Positions 11,483-23,701 of a stretch of 64,000 nucleotides of DNA are shown here, in pieces; the first letter of the stretch is position 1, and the number at the start of each line of letters is the position of its first letter. A program made the translations under genes and the position numbers. The notes under the pieces were generated by a model. The model saw only the letters and a list, made by a program, of their open reading frames with translations. It had not been told where the DNA came from and did no database searches. The DNA comes from Eledone cirrhosa (Eukaryota). The stretch lies in assembly GCA_964016885.1 (NCBI GenBank), contig OZ024753.1, forward strand, positions 7,874,001 to 7,938,000, in the 5' to 3' direction.

Positions 11483-12002
11483 CTATACATCATGACAAGC
11501 AATAGTTTGAGATTCAAGATTCTAGTTTGGTAATGATGCCATTATTGGTAGAATGTACTTGTTGCTGCTGTATTATTGAATTAGACTTTGGTTCATTGGT
11601 TTATAGCACAGAGAATCAACCTTCTCTTACTACAAAGATACTTTCATTTTGAAAATGAAAATGAAAAGAAAAAGACATTACTATATTCTATACTTTTGTC
11701 TATTATCACTTGAACAACTTCACTTCAACTTTTCTTTTCTCTAATATCTACATTCTTCATTCCTTACCTCTTTATCTATAATTGGTTATTATTTTCCTTT
11801 TAAAGAGATTTTAGAATCAACTTCTATATATCATGCAACATACATCCTCTGATTATAAAAATACCTTATCTTTTTTCTATATTTTACTTTCTGATTCTAT
11901 TGTTCTTCTGGGAGAAAATTGAAGGAAAGTGGGAGAGATTACACACTGCGTAAGCATTATTTCAGTGAAGAGTGTGGAGATAAACTGCTGTAAAATATAA
12001 AT

Positions 12003-12800
12003 GGTGTGGGTGTTTGTGGGTTTTTATGTGTGTGTGAGTATTTGTGTATGTGAGTGTTTGTGTGTGTGTTTGGGTTTTTGTGAGTGTGAGTACTTGTAGA
12101 TGTGAGGGTTTGTGTACGTGTGTGAGGGTTTGTGTATGTATGTGAGGGTTTATGTGTGAGGGTTTGTGTGTGTGTGTGAGGGTTTGCGTGTGTGTGTGTG
12201 AGGGCGTGTGTGTGTGTGTGAGGGTTTGTGTGTGTGTGTGAGGGTTTGTGTGTGTATGTGAGGGTTTGTGTGTGTATGAGAGTTTGTGTGTGTGTATGAG
12301 TGTTTGTGTGTGTATGTGAGGGTTTGAGTGTGTATGTGAGGGTTTGAGTGTGTATGTGAGGGTTTGAGTGTGTATGTGAGAGTTTGAGTGTATGTGAGGG
12401 TTTGAGTGTGTATGTGAGGGTTTGAGTGTGTATGTAAGAGTTTGTGTGTGTTTGTGAGGGTTTGTGTGCGGATATGAGAGTTTGTGTGTGTATGTGAGGG
12501 TTTGTGTGTGTGTGTGAGGGTTTGTGTGTATATGAGAGTTTGTGTGTGTATGTGAGGGTTTGAGTGTGTATGTGAGGGTTTGAGTGTGTATGTGAGGGTT
12601 TGAGTGTGTATGTGAGGGTTTGAGTGTGTATGTGAGAGTTTGTGAGTGTTTGTGAGGGTTTGTGTGCGGATGTGAGAGTTTGTGTGTGTATGTCAGAGTT
12701 TGTGTATGCGGATGTGAGGGGGTGTGTGTATGTGAGAGTTTGTGTATGTGGATGTGAGAGAGTTTGTGTGTGTGTGTGTATGTGAGAGTTTGTGTGTGTG
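12003..12800. repeat. TG-rich ~20-bp minisatellite (TGTGAGGGTTTGAGTGTGTA)n
   Basis: Directly visible. Confidence 0.95.
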
Positions 12801-13137
12801 ATGATTTTCGACTTTCAAATCTAGTCTTGCAATAAATCATTAAAAGCAGTCAAACCAATTCCACAGAAATTCAACTTTGACATTTCATTTATTATGATTC
12901 TCTGGCATTTGGCTAATGAACCTTTGTATAATCACAAACATATCAATCTTTTCATGAACCTCAGGGTTTCTAAGGGCAAATATTGAAGGCACTTTTTATT
13001 TCTTTTATTTTATTTATATATTTTTTTTTTATTTTAATTTAATTTTATTTTTTATTTTATTTTAATTTAATTTAATTTTTTATTTTACTTTTATTTTATT
13101 ATTTATTTTTAAAAATCCTTTGTTTGATGTTGATTAG

Positions 13138-13249
13138 AAAGACCTTTCCTACAGAAAAGTATACTAAGCTATCATAAAGGACTGTCATCAGATTTTACTG
13201 ATTTGGAGTACATAGAAGCTTTGGAATATTCTGGATTTAAAAGTCTAAA
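13138..13249 (+). CDS. Candidate internal coding exon (unidentified gene)
   Basis: TTGATTAG|AAAGACC...GTCTAAA|GTATGT; open frame RPFLQKSILSYHKGLSSDFTDLEYIEALEYSGFKSL in non-repetitive sequence; no family recognised. Confidence 0.35.
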
Positions 13250-13454
13250 GTATGTTTCGAGCATGGGGGGGCTCATCAGGCCAGTGCTTACTCCAATGTC
13301 TGTGAGTGACATGAAACAACTGTAAGGCATCTTGCAATACCATCAGTTTGTATTTTTTCATATTCTGAAATAGACTCTTGCTTGTTTGTGATGCATCTAA
13401 TTACTTCTTGCAGCCCACAAGCGTGTTGGGGGTCAGAGTTGGGGAGCCACTGGT

Positions 13455-13905
13455 TTTATTATGTAGATCATCAGCACTAGGGAGGTCATTATTTACAGAG
13501 TGTACTGGGTGTTTCTATTGTGTAGATCACCAGCTCTAGAGAAGATGCCACCCTTTGCAGAGTGTACTGGGTGCTTTTATCATGAAGATCACCAGCTCTA
13601 GAGAGGTGGTCATCCTTTGCAGAGTGTACTGGGTGTTTCTATTGTTAAGATCATCAGCACTAGGGAGGTCATTATTTACAGAGTGTACTGGGTGCTTTTA
13701 TTGTGTAGATCACCAGCTCTAGAGAAGATGCCACCCTTTGCAGAGTGTACTGGGTGCTTTTATAATGAAGATCACCAGCTCTAGAGAGGTGGTCATCCTT
13801 TGCAGAGTGTACTGGGTGTGTCTATTAAGATCATCAGCACTTGGGAGGTCATTATTTACAGAGTGTACTGGGTGTGTCTATTGTTAAGATCATCAGCACT
13901 AGGGA
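13455..13905 (+). repeat. ~61-bp minisatellite with 183-bp higher-order repeat (ABC-ABC-A), SINE-derived core
   Basis: CAGCACTAGGGA at 13472 and 13655; each unit has TTT(A/G)CAGAGTGTACTGGGTGCTTTTA, as in the RTE-tailed SINE. Confidence 0.88.
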
Positions 13906-14109
13906 AGGGTCCTCCCAACCCTAAACACTCATGGATGAATCCATCAAGATTGGATATCAGTTGTATATCTCCTAAGAAATAGTCCCCACAACTGGTACCA
14001 ATATTCTGATAACTGTACTAAAACATGCATCTAGAGAATTAGCATAGCTGGTAGATAGTCTAATAACTTATTCCCCAGTACTGTTTCACTTTCAGATGAC
14101 AGCCTCCCT

Positions 14110-14515
14110 ACTCAATAAAAGCACCCAGTACATGCTGTGTAAAGTGGTTGGTGTTATGAAGGACATCCAGCCATAAAAAGCTTACCAAACAAGGGTTAAG
14201 AGGACCCTTCAGTTGTGTGAAACATGACAGCCCCCCTAGTGCTAGTGAGCTACACAATAAACACACCCAGTACATGCTGTAAAATGGGTGGTATGAAGAA
14301 GGGTTTCCAGCTATGGAAAGCTTGCCAAACAAAGAGTTGTGATGGCCCTTTAGTTTGTGTCTAAAGACATGACAACTTCTCCTCTGCACTCAATATGACT
14401 GCACGTAGGCTAGATACAAACACCTTGGGCTCTCTGGGAGGTTAGTAGCTCTGCTTTAGTATTGACTTGGTCTACATAGACCTATCCAACCCTTGCTAGC
14501 AGGAAAAGCAGATAT
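14110..14515 (+). mobile_element. Degenerate RTE-tailed SINE with a duplicated central segment
   Basis: AAAAGCACCCAGTACATGCTGTGTAAAGTGGTTGGTGTTATGAAGGACATCCAGCC twice; tail CCAACCCTTGCTAGCAGGAAAAGCAGAT. Confidence 0.7.
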
Positions 14516-14517
14516 TA

Positions 14518-14595
14518 CCAGTTACAGCCAATTTGAACAGAAAGAGCTGAGAGAATTCTAGCTAGATATGGCCAGTTAAAATGCTAAAGGGTTAA
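14518..14595 (-). mobile_element. piggyBac-type MITE fragment
   Basis: ..GAGAGAATTCTAGCTAGATATGGCCAGTTAAAATGCTAAAGGG+TTAA. Confidence 0.85.
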
Positions 14596-15087
14596 TGATA
14601 ACATCATAGTTTATCAAAGATTTCTTTCCTATAAAGTCCTTGCAACTATCCATATCCATTCTGTGAATATAACTAATTTTACTGCTCTTATTCTGCAGTA
14701 AACTTCTAAAGTCTAGTCTAATTTATTACCCACAGTCTTTGATACTATTTGGTTTCTCTTAACATAAGAAGAAATGCTGGCACATAGTTTCAATGTTGAA
14801 TTAACATCCAAAGGGTTAATGGGGTATATCCTGTTAGCATCAGTGTGTAGTGTCCATATGATAGGCACTTAATTCTCATTGGTCTTGTTTACCTAGCTGT
14901 AAATAGGTATTATGATCTGATGTACACACAAGTCACCAAACAAAAGTAATTGGTAGAAATATTGCGTAATCAGTCAATAAAATGTTCAATTGCCATGTTG
15001 ATTCTAGTTCTTCCTGTGAACCTGAAAAAGGTGACTGAATCAGTTTTAAGATGGTGTGTTGTTTGGGGGGAATTATGAGATCTTTAA

Positions 15088-15425
15088 CCCTTTAGCATTT
15101 AAACCGGCCATATCCAGTCAGAATTCTCTCACCTCTTTCTATTCAAACTGGTTGTAACTGGCCACTCATACTGATGTTGGGGTATTGTTCTCAAAATATC
15201 ATAGATTTGATATTATACAAGATATTATGTAAAATAAAGCCTTTACCACAAAAATACAATAGTAAATATAAAGTAAGTGTTTCTACTTTTGGCACAAGGC
15301 CACCAATTACCCAGTGTATTACTGGTACTTTATTTTATCGACCCCGTAAGGATGAAAGGCAAAGTTAACCTCGGTGGGATTTGAACTCAGAATAGTAAAT
15401 ATAAAGTAATGTAAATGCAAAAGGG
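15088..15425 (+). mobile_element. piggyBac-type MITE with SINE-B insert; a second truncated copy follows (15430-15510) sharing the TTAA
   Basis: TTAA 15084-15087 and 15426-15429; TIR CCCTTTAGCATTTA / TAAATGCAAAAGGG. Confidence 0.92.
15277..15390 (-). mobile_element. SINE-B, 5'-truncated, up to 19-bp TSD
   Basis: AATAGTAAATATAAAGTAA at 15258-15276 and 15391-15409. Confidence 0.92.
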
Positions 15426-15504
15426 TTAACCCTTTAGCATTTAAACCGGCTCTATCCGGCCAGAATTCTCTCACCTCTTTCTGTTCAAACTGGCTGTAAA
15501 TGGC

Positions 15505-15715
15505 CAGATTTCCTCCATAGAAGGATAAAGAGTGAACAGAAGTGAGAAAGAGATATAGAGGAAGAATTGACACCAGTACTAGACTGGTACTTTTTTTTAT
15601 TGAACTTAAATGGATGAAAGGCAAAGTTGACCTTGGCGATATTAGAACTCAGGGAGCAGCAAATTGGAATGAATACTGCAAAGCATTATATCTGACATTC
15701 TAATACCCCTGCCAT
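15505..15715 (-). mobile_element. Older SINE-B-related subfamily with a different tail
   Basis: GATTTCCTCCATAGAAGGATA..CCAGTACTAGACTGGTAC..GGATGAAAGGCAAAGTTGACC; homologous to 56924-57124. Confidence 0.75.
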
Positions 15716-16066
15716 TCTATCTGCTATTCTGATGCCTCTGTCAATCTATCTGACATTCTATCTGCCATTCTAATACCTCTGCCATTCTATCTGATATTCC
15801 AATACCTCTGCTATTCTATCTGCCATTCTAATACCTCTGCCATTCTATCTGATATTCCAATGCCCCTGCCATTCTATCTGACATTCTATCTGCCATTCTA
15901 TCTGATATTCTAATACCTCTGTCATTCTATCTGACATTCTATCTGCCATTCCCTCTGCCATTTTAATGCCTCTGACATTCTATCTGCCATTCTAATACCT
16001 CTGCCATTCTAATGCCTCTGTCATTCTAATGCCTCTGTCATTCTATCTGCCATTCTAATGCCTCTA
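15688..16066. repeat. Compound minisatellite (TCTAATACCTCTGCCAT / TCTATCTGACAT modules) grown from the SINE head
   Basis: Continuous with the SINE 5' end at 15690-15715. Confidence 0.8.
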
Positions 16067-16429
16067 AGTAAACTTACCCCATACATATATAGAATGGTGG
16101 AAATGCTGTGGATTCGAACACAAGATTCACAAACTAATTAAAAACCAACTAGTGGGTAACAAAATCATAGTCCTCTCACAAAGTTTGGCATCTGGTGTTG
16201 ACATTTTAAATATGTTATGCTAGTCTGTTTGGTTGTCTGTGCAAAAACTGTGAGATAACAAAAACACCAACAACAACAACCATAAAATTATCTTTGTTTT
16301 TTTTGTAATGTTTTACATTTAATTTTCTATTGGTTTAAATTTATGTATTTATCCTGGAAATGATATATTGTTTAAGCAAGTGAATTAAATTCAATGTTAT
16401 CTACAGATGATCTTAAAATCTTCCTCATA

Positions 16430-17600
16430 CACCACCACCACCACCACCTCAACAAAACCTAAAATACCTTCGTCACTACAATCACTACCAACACCACCAT
16501 CACCACAACTATCAGCACCACCACTGATATTGCCACCAATATAATCATTAATACCACCACCACCACAACTATGAATACCACCACAACTATCAGCACCACC
16601 ACCACTACCAGCACCACTAACACAGTCATTACCACCACCACCCTCATCACCACAACCACCCTCATCACCACCACCACCACCACCCTCATCACCACAACCA
16701 CCACCACCTTCATCACCCCACCACCCACTTCACCACAACCACCGCCACCAACACCACCATCACCAGCACCACTCCACCACCTTCATCGCCACCACCACTC
16801 AACCGCCTTCATCGCCACAATCACTACTACTACCAACACCTCCACCACTATCAACACAACCACAACCACTGCCACCAACACTAACACTGTTTTCTTCACC
16901 CCTAACTGCCAACCCTCTTCCACTTCCACCCTACCACTTCTCCTCTCCCCCTTTCTCCCGGCTAACCCTTCCACTCCCTTCCAGCCCCCTCACCCCTTCT
17001 ACTCCCTTCCACCCCCCTCACTGGTTCTTCTCAATGCCATCTTTTTCTTCTTTTTCTTCCTTAGTTGCCTTAATCTTTTGTCACTAACTTTATCCTCATC
17101 CTTTCCTCTTAACCCCCTTTTTTCCTTCATTCGTTATTATCCCCCCACACATTTTTGCACCCCTCCCCCATTTTTTGCCCCTCCCACTTTCCCATTTCAT
17201 ATTTTCTAGATATTTTTTTCTTTTTCTTTTACAATTTTTGCAACCCCCCCCCCCCCTCCCACATTCTTCCCCTTTTAAAAAAATATTTTATATATTTCTC
17301 TTTGTTTATCTTTTATTTCTTTTTCTTTTCCTTCCTTTCTTTCCACCCCAATCCCCTTTCCACTCCCCTCCCCCTTCCACTCACCCATTTTCACACCCCT
17401 TAACCCCCACCCTTTCCACCCCTCACCCTTCCACACCCCTTCCACCCCTTTCCTTTCCTTCAGCCCCTTCCTTTCCTTCCACTCCTTTCCTTTCACCCCC
17501 CCCCCTCCTCGACCCCCTCCACCTCCTTCCACCCGTTCCACCCATTCCTCCTCACATTAAACTCCCCCTCCCACCCCGCCTACCCATTCCAACACCCCTT
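16430..17600. repeat. (CAC)n degenerate triplet repeat followed by C/T-rich low-complexity tract
   Basis: Directly visible. Confidence 0.95.
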
Positions 17601-17697
17601 ACCATTTTATTGATTTTCATTTCTTTTAATATCTCCAAATTTAATTCTATATTATGTAGGTGACTGTATTCTATGAGATGGTTTCACCAGATAATTA

Positions 17698-20080
17698 AGT
17701 CACAGGGAAGAAGACATTTACACTAATCTAAAACACGTCACAGGGAAGAAGACGGTTACACTAATATAAAACATGTCACAGGGAATAAGACAGTTACACT
17801 AACCTAAAACATGTCACAGGGAATAAGACAGTTACACTAACCTAAAACATGTCACAGGGAAGAGGACAGTTACACTAACCTAAAACACATCTCACAGGGA
17901 AGAAGACAGCTACACTAACATAAACACGTCACAGGGAATAAGACAGTTACACTAACCTAAAACACGTCACAGGGAAGAAGACAGCTACACTAACCTAAAA
18001 CACATCACAGGGTAGAAGACAGTTACACTAACCTAAACATAATCTCACAGGGAAGAAGACAGTTACACTAATCTAAAACATGTCACAGTGAAGAAGACAG
18101 TTACACTAACATAAAACACATGTGACAGTGAATAAGACAGTTGCACTAACCTAAAACACGTCACAGGGAATAAGACAGTTACACTAACATAAAACATGTC
18201 ACAGGGAAGAAGACAGTTGCACTAATATAAACCACATGTCACAGGGAAGAAGACAGTTGCACTAACATAAAACACATGTCACAGTGAATAAGACAGTTAC
18301 ACTAACCTAAACCACATGTCACAGTGAAGAAGACAGTTACACTAACATAAACCACATGTCAGTGAAGAAGACAGTTACACTAACATAAACCACATGTCAG
18401 TGAAGAAGACAGTTACACTAACATAAACCACATGTCAGTGAAGAAGACAGTTACACTAACATAAACCACATGTCACAGGGAAGAAGACAGTTACACTAAC
18501 CTAAAACGCATGTCACAGGGAATAAGACAGTTACACTAACATAAAACACATGTAAAAAGGAATAAGACAGTTACACTAACCTAAAACACGTCACAAAGAA
18601 TAAGACAGTTACACTAATCTAAAACACGTCACAGTGAAGAAGACAGTTGCACTAACATAAACCACATGTTACAGGGAAGAAGACAGCTACACTAACATAA
18701 ACCATATGTCACAGGGAATAAGACAGTTACGCTAACATAAACCACATCACAGGGAAGAAGACAGTTACACTAACCTAAGACACATGTCACAGGGAAGAAG
18801 ACTGTTACACTAATCTAAAACATGTCACAGAGAATAAGACAGTTACACTAACATAAAACATGTCACAGTGAAGAAGACAGTTACACTAACCTAAAACACG
18901 TCACAGGGAATAAGACAGCTACACTAACATAAACCACATGTCACAGGGAAGAAGACAGTTACACTAACATAAACCACATGTCACAGGGAATAAGACAGTT
19001 AGACTAACATAAACCACATCACAGGGAAGAAGACAGTTACACTAACCTAAGACACATGTCACAGTGAAGAAGACAGTTACACTAACCTAAAACATGTCAC
19101 AGGGAATAAGACAGTTACACTAACCTAAAACACGTCACAGGGAATAAGACAGCTACACTAACATAAACCACATGCCACAGGGAAGAAGACAGTTACACTA
19201 ACATAAACCACATGTCACAGGGAAGAAGACAGCTACACTAACATAAAACACATGTTACAGGGAATAAGACAGTTACACTAACATAAACCACATGTCACAG
19301 GGAATAAGACAGCTACACTAACATAAACCACATGTCACAGGGAAGAAGACAGCTACACTAACATAAACCACATATCACAGGGAAGAAGACAGCTACACTA
19401 ACATAAACCACATGTCACAGGGAATAAGACAGTTACACTAACATAAAACACATGTCACAGGGAATAAGACAGTTACACTAACATAAACCACATGTCACAG
19501 GGAAGAAGACAGCTACACTAACATAAAACACATCACAGGGAAGAAGACAGCTACACTAACATAAACCACATGTCACAGGGAATAAGACAGTTAGACTAAC
19601 ATAAACCACATGTCACAGGGAAGAAGACAGCTACACTAACATAAAACACATGTCACAGGGAAGAAGATAGTTACCCTAACATAAAACATGTCACAGTGAA
19701 GATGACAGTTACACTAACCTAAAACATGTCAAAGGGAATAAGACAGTTACACTAACATAAACCACAAGTCACAGTGAAGAAGACAGCTACACTAACATAA
19801 ACCACATGTCACAGGGAAGAAGACAGCTACACTAACATAAACCACATGTCACAGGGAAGAAGACAGCTACACTAACATAAAACACATGTCACAAGGAAGA
19901 AGATAGTTACACTAACATAAAACATGTCACAGTGAAGAAGACAGTTACACTAACCTAAAACATGTCACAGTGAAGAAGACAGTTACACTAACCTAAAACA
20001 TGTCACAGGGAAGAAGACAGTTACACTAACATAAAACACATGTCACAGGGAATAAGACAGTTACACTAACATAAAACACA
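17698..20080 (+). repeat. 2.4-kb minisatellite, 38-40-bp unit (~60 copies)
   Basis: GTCACAGGGAAGAAGACAGTTACACTAACATAAAACACAT with variants. Confidence 0.97.
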
Positions 20081-20199
20081 TTTAACAATTCAACAAATTC
20101 TAAAAAAATAACCAAGAAATGAAAATAATGGAAAGGAACAAAAAAAAAAATCAATAAAAAAAAAATTAATAGTATGTTTTTTTAATATATATCTTAGTG

Positions 20200-20575
20200 A
20201 TGGTGTGTAGTGGTTTGTGTGGTGTAGTGTGGTATGGTGTAGTGTGTTTTTATGGTGTGTGGTTAGTGTGGTGTATGTAGTGTAGTGTGGTGTATAGTAT
20301 GGTGTAGTGTAGTGTGGTGTATAGTATAGTGTGGTGTCTTCTGTTGTGTGTAGTGTAGTGTGTGGTATGTAGTGTGGTGGGGTGGTGGTATGTGATAAGT
20401 GTGTGGTGAGCAGTATGTCGTGTAGTGTGGTGTATAGTGTGGCGTGTTGTGTGAAGTGTAGTGTGTAGTATGTATTGTGGTGCGGTGGTGGCGCTATTGT
20501 TGGTAGAGGTGCTTGTGGAGGTGCTAGTGGTGGTGGTGGTACTAATAGTGTTGGTAGAGGTGGTGGTGGTGGTTT
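20200..20575. repeat. (GTAGT/GTG)n low-complexity tract
   Basis: Directly visible. Confidence 0.9.
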
Positions 20576-20770
20576 TATTTAAATTTGTAATGAATGTGGA
20601 AGTAATAATGTTAGTATTTTTAGTTGCTGTGTGGATGCCCAGTGAATAATGGTGGGTGTGATTGATGGAGATCAGTTCTGATTGATATTTGCTGTACAAC
20701 TAGTAGTCTAGCTTTTATTTATAGTGAATGATTTCAAACAGAATATAAAAACACTCACAATGTGCTAGAC

Positions 20771-21222
20771 CAGCGTTTCTCAACCGGTGTTCCTCGGAAC
20801 CCTAGGATTCCGTAAGAGGTCGCTAGGGGTTCCGCGAGAACCAGTGATAAATAAACTAATGTATTTTAAAAAGTAATTTTTGTTTAATTTTATATTCGTA
20901 ATTTTACTCTACATTTACGGCATATTGTCGGAAAATCCTTGTTTATTTTAAGAAAGGCTTCAACCTCTTATATTATTTAAAACTAGGTCAATATAAGAGA
21001 TAGATATTAATAATTGTTTCTACTTTTGGCACAAGGCCAGCAATTACCCAGTACATTACTGGTACTTTATTTTATTGACCTCTGTATGGATGAAAGGCAA
21101 AGTTAACTTCGGCGGGGTTTGAACTCAGAAATAATGGTGTATAATAATTTTTATGTAGGGGTTCCTTCAGACATGAACCTATTTCAAGGGTTCCACAAGG
21201 GTAAAAAGGTTGAGAAACGCTG
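20771..21222. mobile_element. hAT (Charlie/Buster-type) MITE with nested SINE-B (21012-21130, minus)
   Basis: Perfect 15-bp TIR CAGCGTTTCTCAACC / GGTTGAGAAACGCTG; perfect 8-bp TSD TGCTAGAC (20763-20770, 21223-21230); subterminal GGGTTCC motifs. Confidence 0.96.
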
Positions 21223-21458
21223 TGCTAGACAGTAAAACAATAAGCCTTATATAAATAAATTTAAGATGGTTTGCAATAGATGGAATTCTAAATATTCATC
21301 ACTATTAAGTCTATTCACCCTTTAGCATTTAAACCGGCCATATCTGGCCAGAATTCTCTCACCTCTATCTGTTCAAACCGGCTGTAACCAGCTACTCATA
21401 CTTATATTAAGGTATTGTTCTCAAAATAAATTACATCAAAATCTCATAGATTCAATAT

Positions 21459-21677
21459 ACATCATCATCATCATCATCATCATCATTTTACGTCTGCTTT
21501 TCCTTGCTTGCGAGGGTAGGACAGATCCTCTTCAGCTCATCATCTCTCCATTCATCACGGCCCCTCATCATCTCTCCATGAGCTTCAGTGATCTGAGGTC
21601 AGCTCTCACCACCTCCGCCCATGTTTTTCGTGGTCTTCCTCTACTGCGTCTTCATTCTACTGGGATTTCTTGCCACT
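21459..21677 (-). mobile_element. RTE-clade LINE 3' end with (GAT)n tail
   Basis: Minus-strand translation EIPVE*RRSRGRPRKTWAEVVRADL (RTE C-terminal RGRP..W motif); TTCAATAT duplicated at 21451-21458 and 21678-21685. Confidence 0.85.
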
Positions 21678-21689
21678 TTCAATATTATA

Positions 21690-22011
21690 TGATAATAATG
21701 AAAATATTGTGTTCAGTGCTCAGGTGCACTATAACTCATCAAAAGTGTATGTATAGTACATAGGGTAATGTACAAACGTCAGGAAAATGAACAGTGCATG
21801 TGTATGGAAAGGGTACATCAGGTGTAGTTTTGGCGAATTTCGGGAAGCATGAGGGTTTTAAAGGATGCAATGTCTCGGCAGCTAACAACTGACGCAGGCA
21901 GTTTGTTCCATGCTTCAGCAATTCTAAGTGGGAAAAAATGTTTCCGAAAGTCATGGGAGCTGTGCTGTTTTCTAATTTTGTAGGCATGTCCACGTGTGTT
22001 AGACACATGGA
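21690..22011 (-). mobile_element. CR1-clade LINE 3' end
   Basis: ORF 21818-22006 NTRGHAYKIRKQ..RKHFFPLRIAEAWNKLPASVVSCRDIASFK = CR1 ORF2 C-terminal motif; 3' UTR with (ATT)n tail. Confidence 0.88.
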
Positions 22012-22227
22012 GATAATTATGTGTGGTAAAGCTTTTATCACAAAAATACAGTAGTAAATATTGAGTAATGTAAATGGTAAAGGGTTAATAGCTGGTTAAT
22101 GTGTGAGCAAGAATTGAACAAGTTGTCACAGATGATGTCTGTACATAACTGGAGCTGCTGACCTTTCAGATGGTCTGGGGAGATGTATCTCGTTTAGATA
22201 TACTCCCACATTCTACAGAACGCACTG

Positions 22228-22313
22228 TGGGCAAAGGTGGTGAGAACTGATCCCAGATTGCTAAGACTCACAGAGGAAATGATGAAGAAATGTAGTAAGT
22301 AGAGAGATTCTGT
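22228..22313 (+). mobile_element. Degenerate RTE C-terminal fragment
   Basis: WAKVVRTDPRLLRLTEEMM aligns with the 21459-21677 element (WAEVVRADLRSLKL). Confidence 0.6.
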
Positions 22314-22451
22314 TATGTCCTTATGGATAAACAAATACACTGCAACAGTGTAATAACAATATAATCAAAACAAATGGCAATAACCACACGTAACGGAACA
22401 ACAATCTTTTAAGAACCAACAATCCAACACGTTAACTTGAACTGTGAACTT

Positions 22452-23275
22452 GAACACCAGCTTTGACTATCAACACACGGACTATGAAACTAGTACCAAC
22501 TTTGACTATCAACACACCAACTGTGGAACTAGTACCAACTTTGACTATCAACACAAGAACTGTGGAACTAGTACCAACTTTGACTATCAACACAAGAACT
22601 GTGGAACTAGTACCAACTTTGACTATCAACACAAGAACTGTGGAACTAGTACCAACTTTGACTATCAACACAAGAACTGTGGAACTAGTACCAACTTTGA
22701 CTATCAACACAAGAACTGTGGAACTAGTACCAACTTTGACTATCAACACAAGAACTGTGGAACTAGTACCAACTTTGACTATCAACACAAGAACTGTGGA
22801 ACTAGTACCAACTTTGACTATCAACACACCAACTGTGGAACTAGTACCATCTTTGAGTATCAACACACGACTGTGGAACTAGTACCAACTTTGACTATCA
22901 ATACAAAGACTGTGGAACTAGTACCAACTTTGACTATCAATACAAAAACTGTGGAACTAGTACCAACTTTGACTATCAACATACAAACTGTGGAACTAGT
23001 ACCAACTTTGACTATCAACAGATGGACTGTGGAACTAGTACCAACTTTGACTATCAATACAAAGACTGTAGAACTAGTACCAACTTTGACTATCAACACA
23101 AACTGTGGAACTAGTACCAACTTTGACTATCAACACACGACTGTGGAACTAGTACCAACTTTGACTATCAACACACGACTGTGGAACTAGTACCAACTTT
23201 GACTATCAACACACGACTGTGGAACTAGTACCAACTTTGACTATCAACATACAAACTGTGGAACTAGTACCAACC
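22452..23275 (+). repeat. 39-bp minisatellite (~21 copies)
   Basis: TGTGGAACTAGTACCAACTTTGACTATCAACACAAGAAC, period 39 (22561->22600); an RTE-type tail follows at 23355-23404. Confidence 0.96.
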
Positions 23276-23469
23276 CCTCCACTTACTCAGGCCGGTACTA
23301 TTTATATGTAGTGGTCCAGCCCATTCTCGCCAGAAATTCTGTACTGAAAAGGATCCATCCAACCCTTACAAGCATGGAACAACAGGTGTAAAAACGATGA
23401 TGATCTAAAAACATCTAAAGTCTTAATCCAGCCAGGAGGCTTATCAGGCCTGGTTTCCTGGACACAGTC

Positions 23470-23642
23470 CATTGCAGGGTTAAACCCTCAGCTATTACTG
23501 GTACTCATTTTTCGACTGAGTATACTGGAGCAGTGTGAAATGAAGTGTTTTGCTCAAGAACACAACACACAACCCAGTCCAGCAATTGACCCATGGTGTT
23601 ATGATTGTAAGTCCAACACCTTTACCACTTGGCCACACACAT
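23470..23642 (-). mobile_element. Diverged tRNA-derived SINE head/core fragment
   Basis: CTGAGTATACTGGAGCAGTGTGAAATGAAGTGTTTTGCTCAAGAACACAAC, related to 59440-59500. Confidence 0.75.
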
Positions 23643-23701
23643 CCAATGAAAGGGATGATGATGATTTGGAATTATGCAACTAAATCTTCATGGCTGGTTA
23701 C

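Larger units (their letters stand above)
21318..22084 (+). mobile_element. piggyBac-type MITE split by RTE and CR1 insertions
   Basis: CCCTTTAGCATTTA at 21318; MITE resumes at ~22012 and ends TAAATGGTAAAGGG+TTAA (22085-22088). Confidence 0.9.

Noticed and set aside
16459-17663. Thr/Pro-rich mucin-like ORFs (also 25004-25705, 56295-56729)
   Set aside because: Degenerate triplet and polypyrimidine tracts without splice or start context
17698-20080. CRISPR-like periodicity (also 22452, 29801, 46998)
   Set aside because: Units are contiguous with no unique spacers, there are no cas genes, and the context is eukaryotic
22432-23190. 13-aa repeat ORFs resembling a repeat protein
   Set aside because: Open in several frames and on both strands, with frameshifting 38-bp units: a minisatellite
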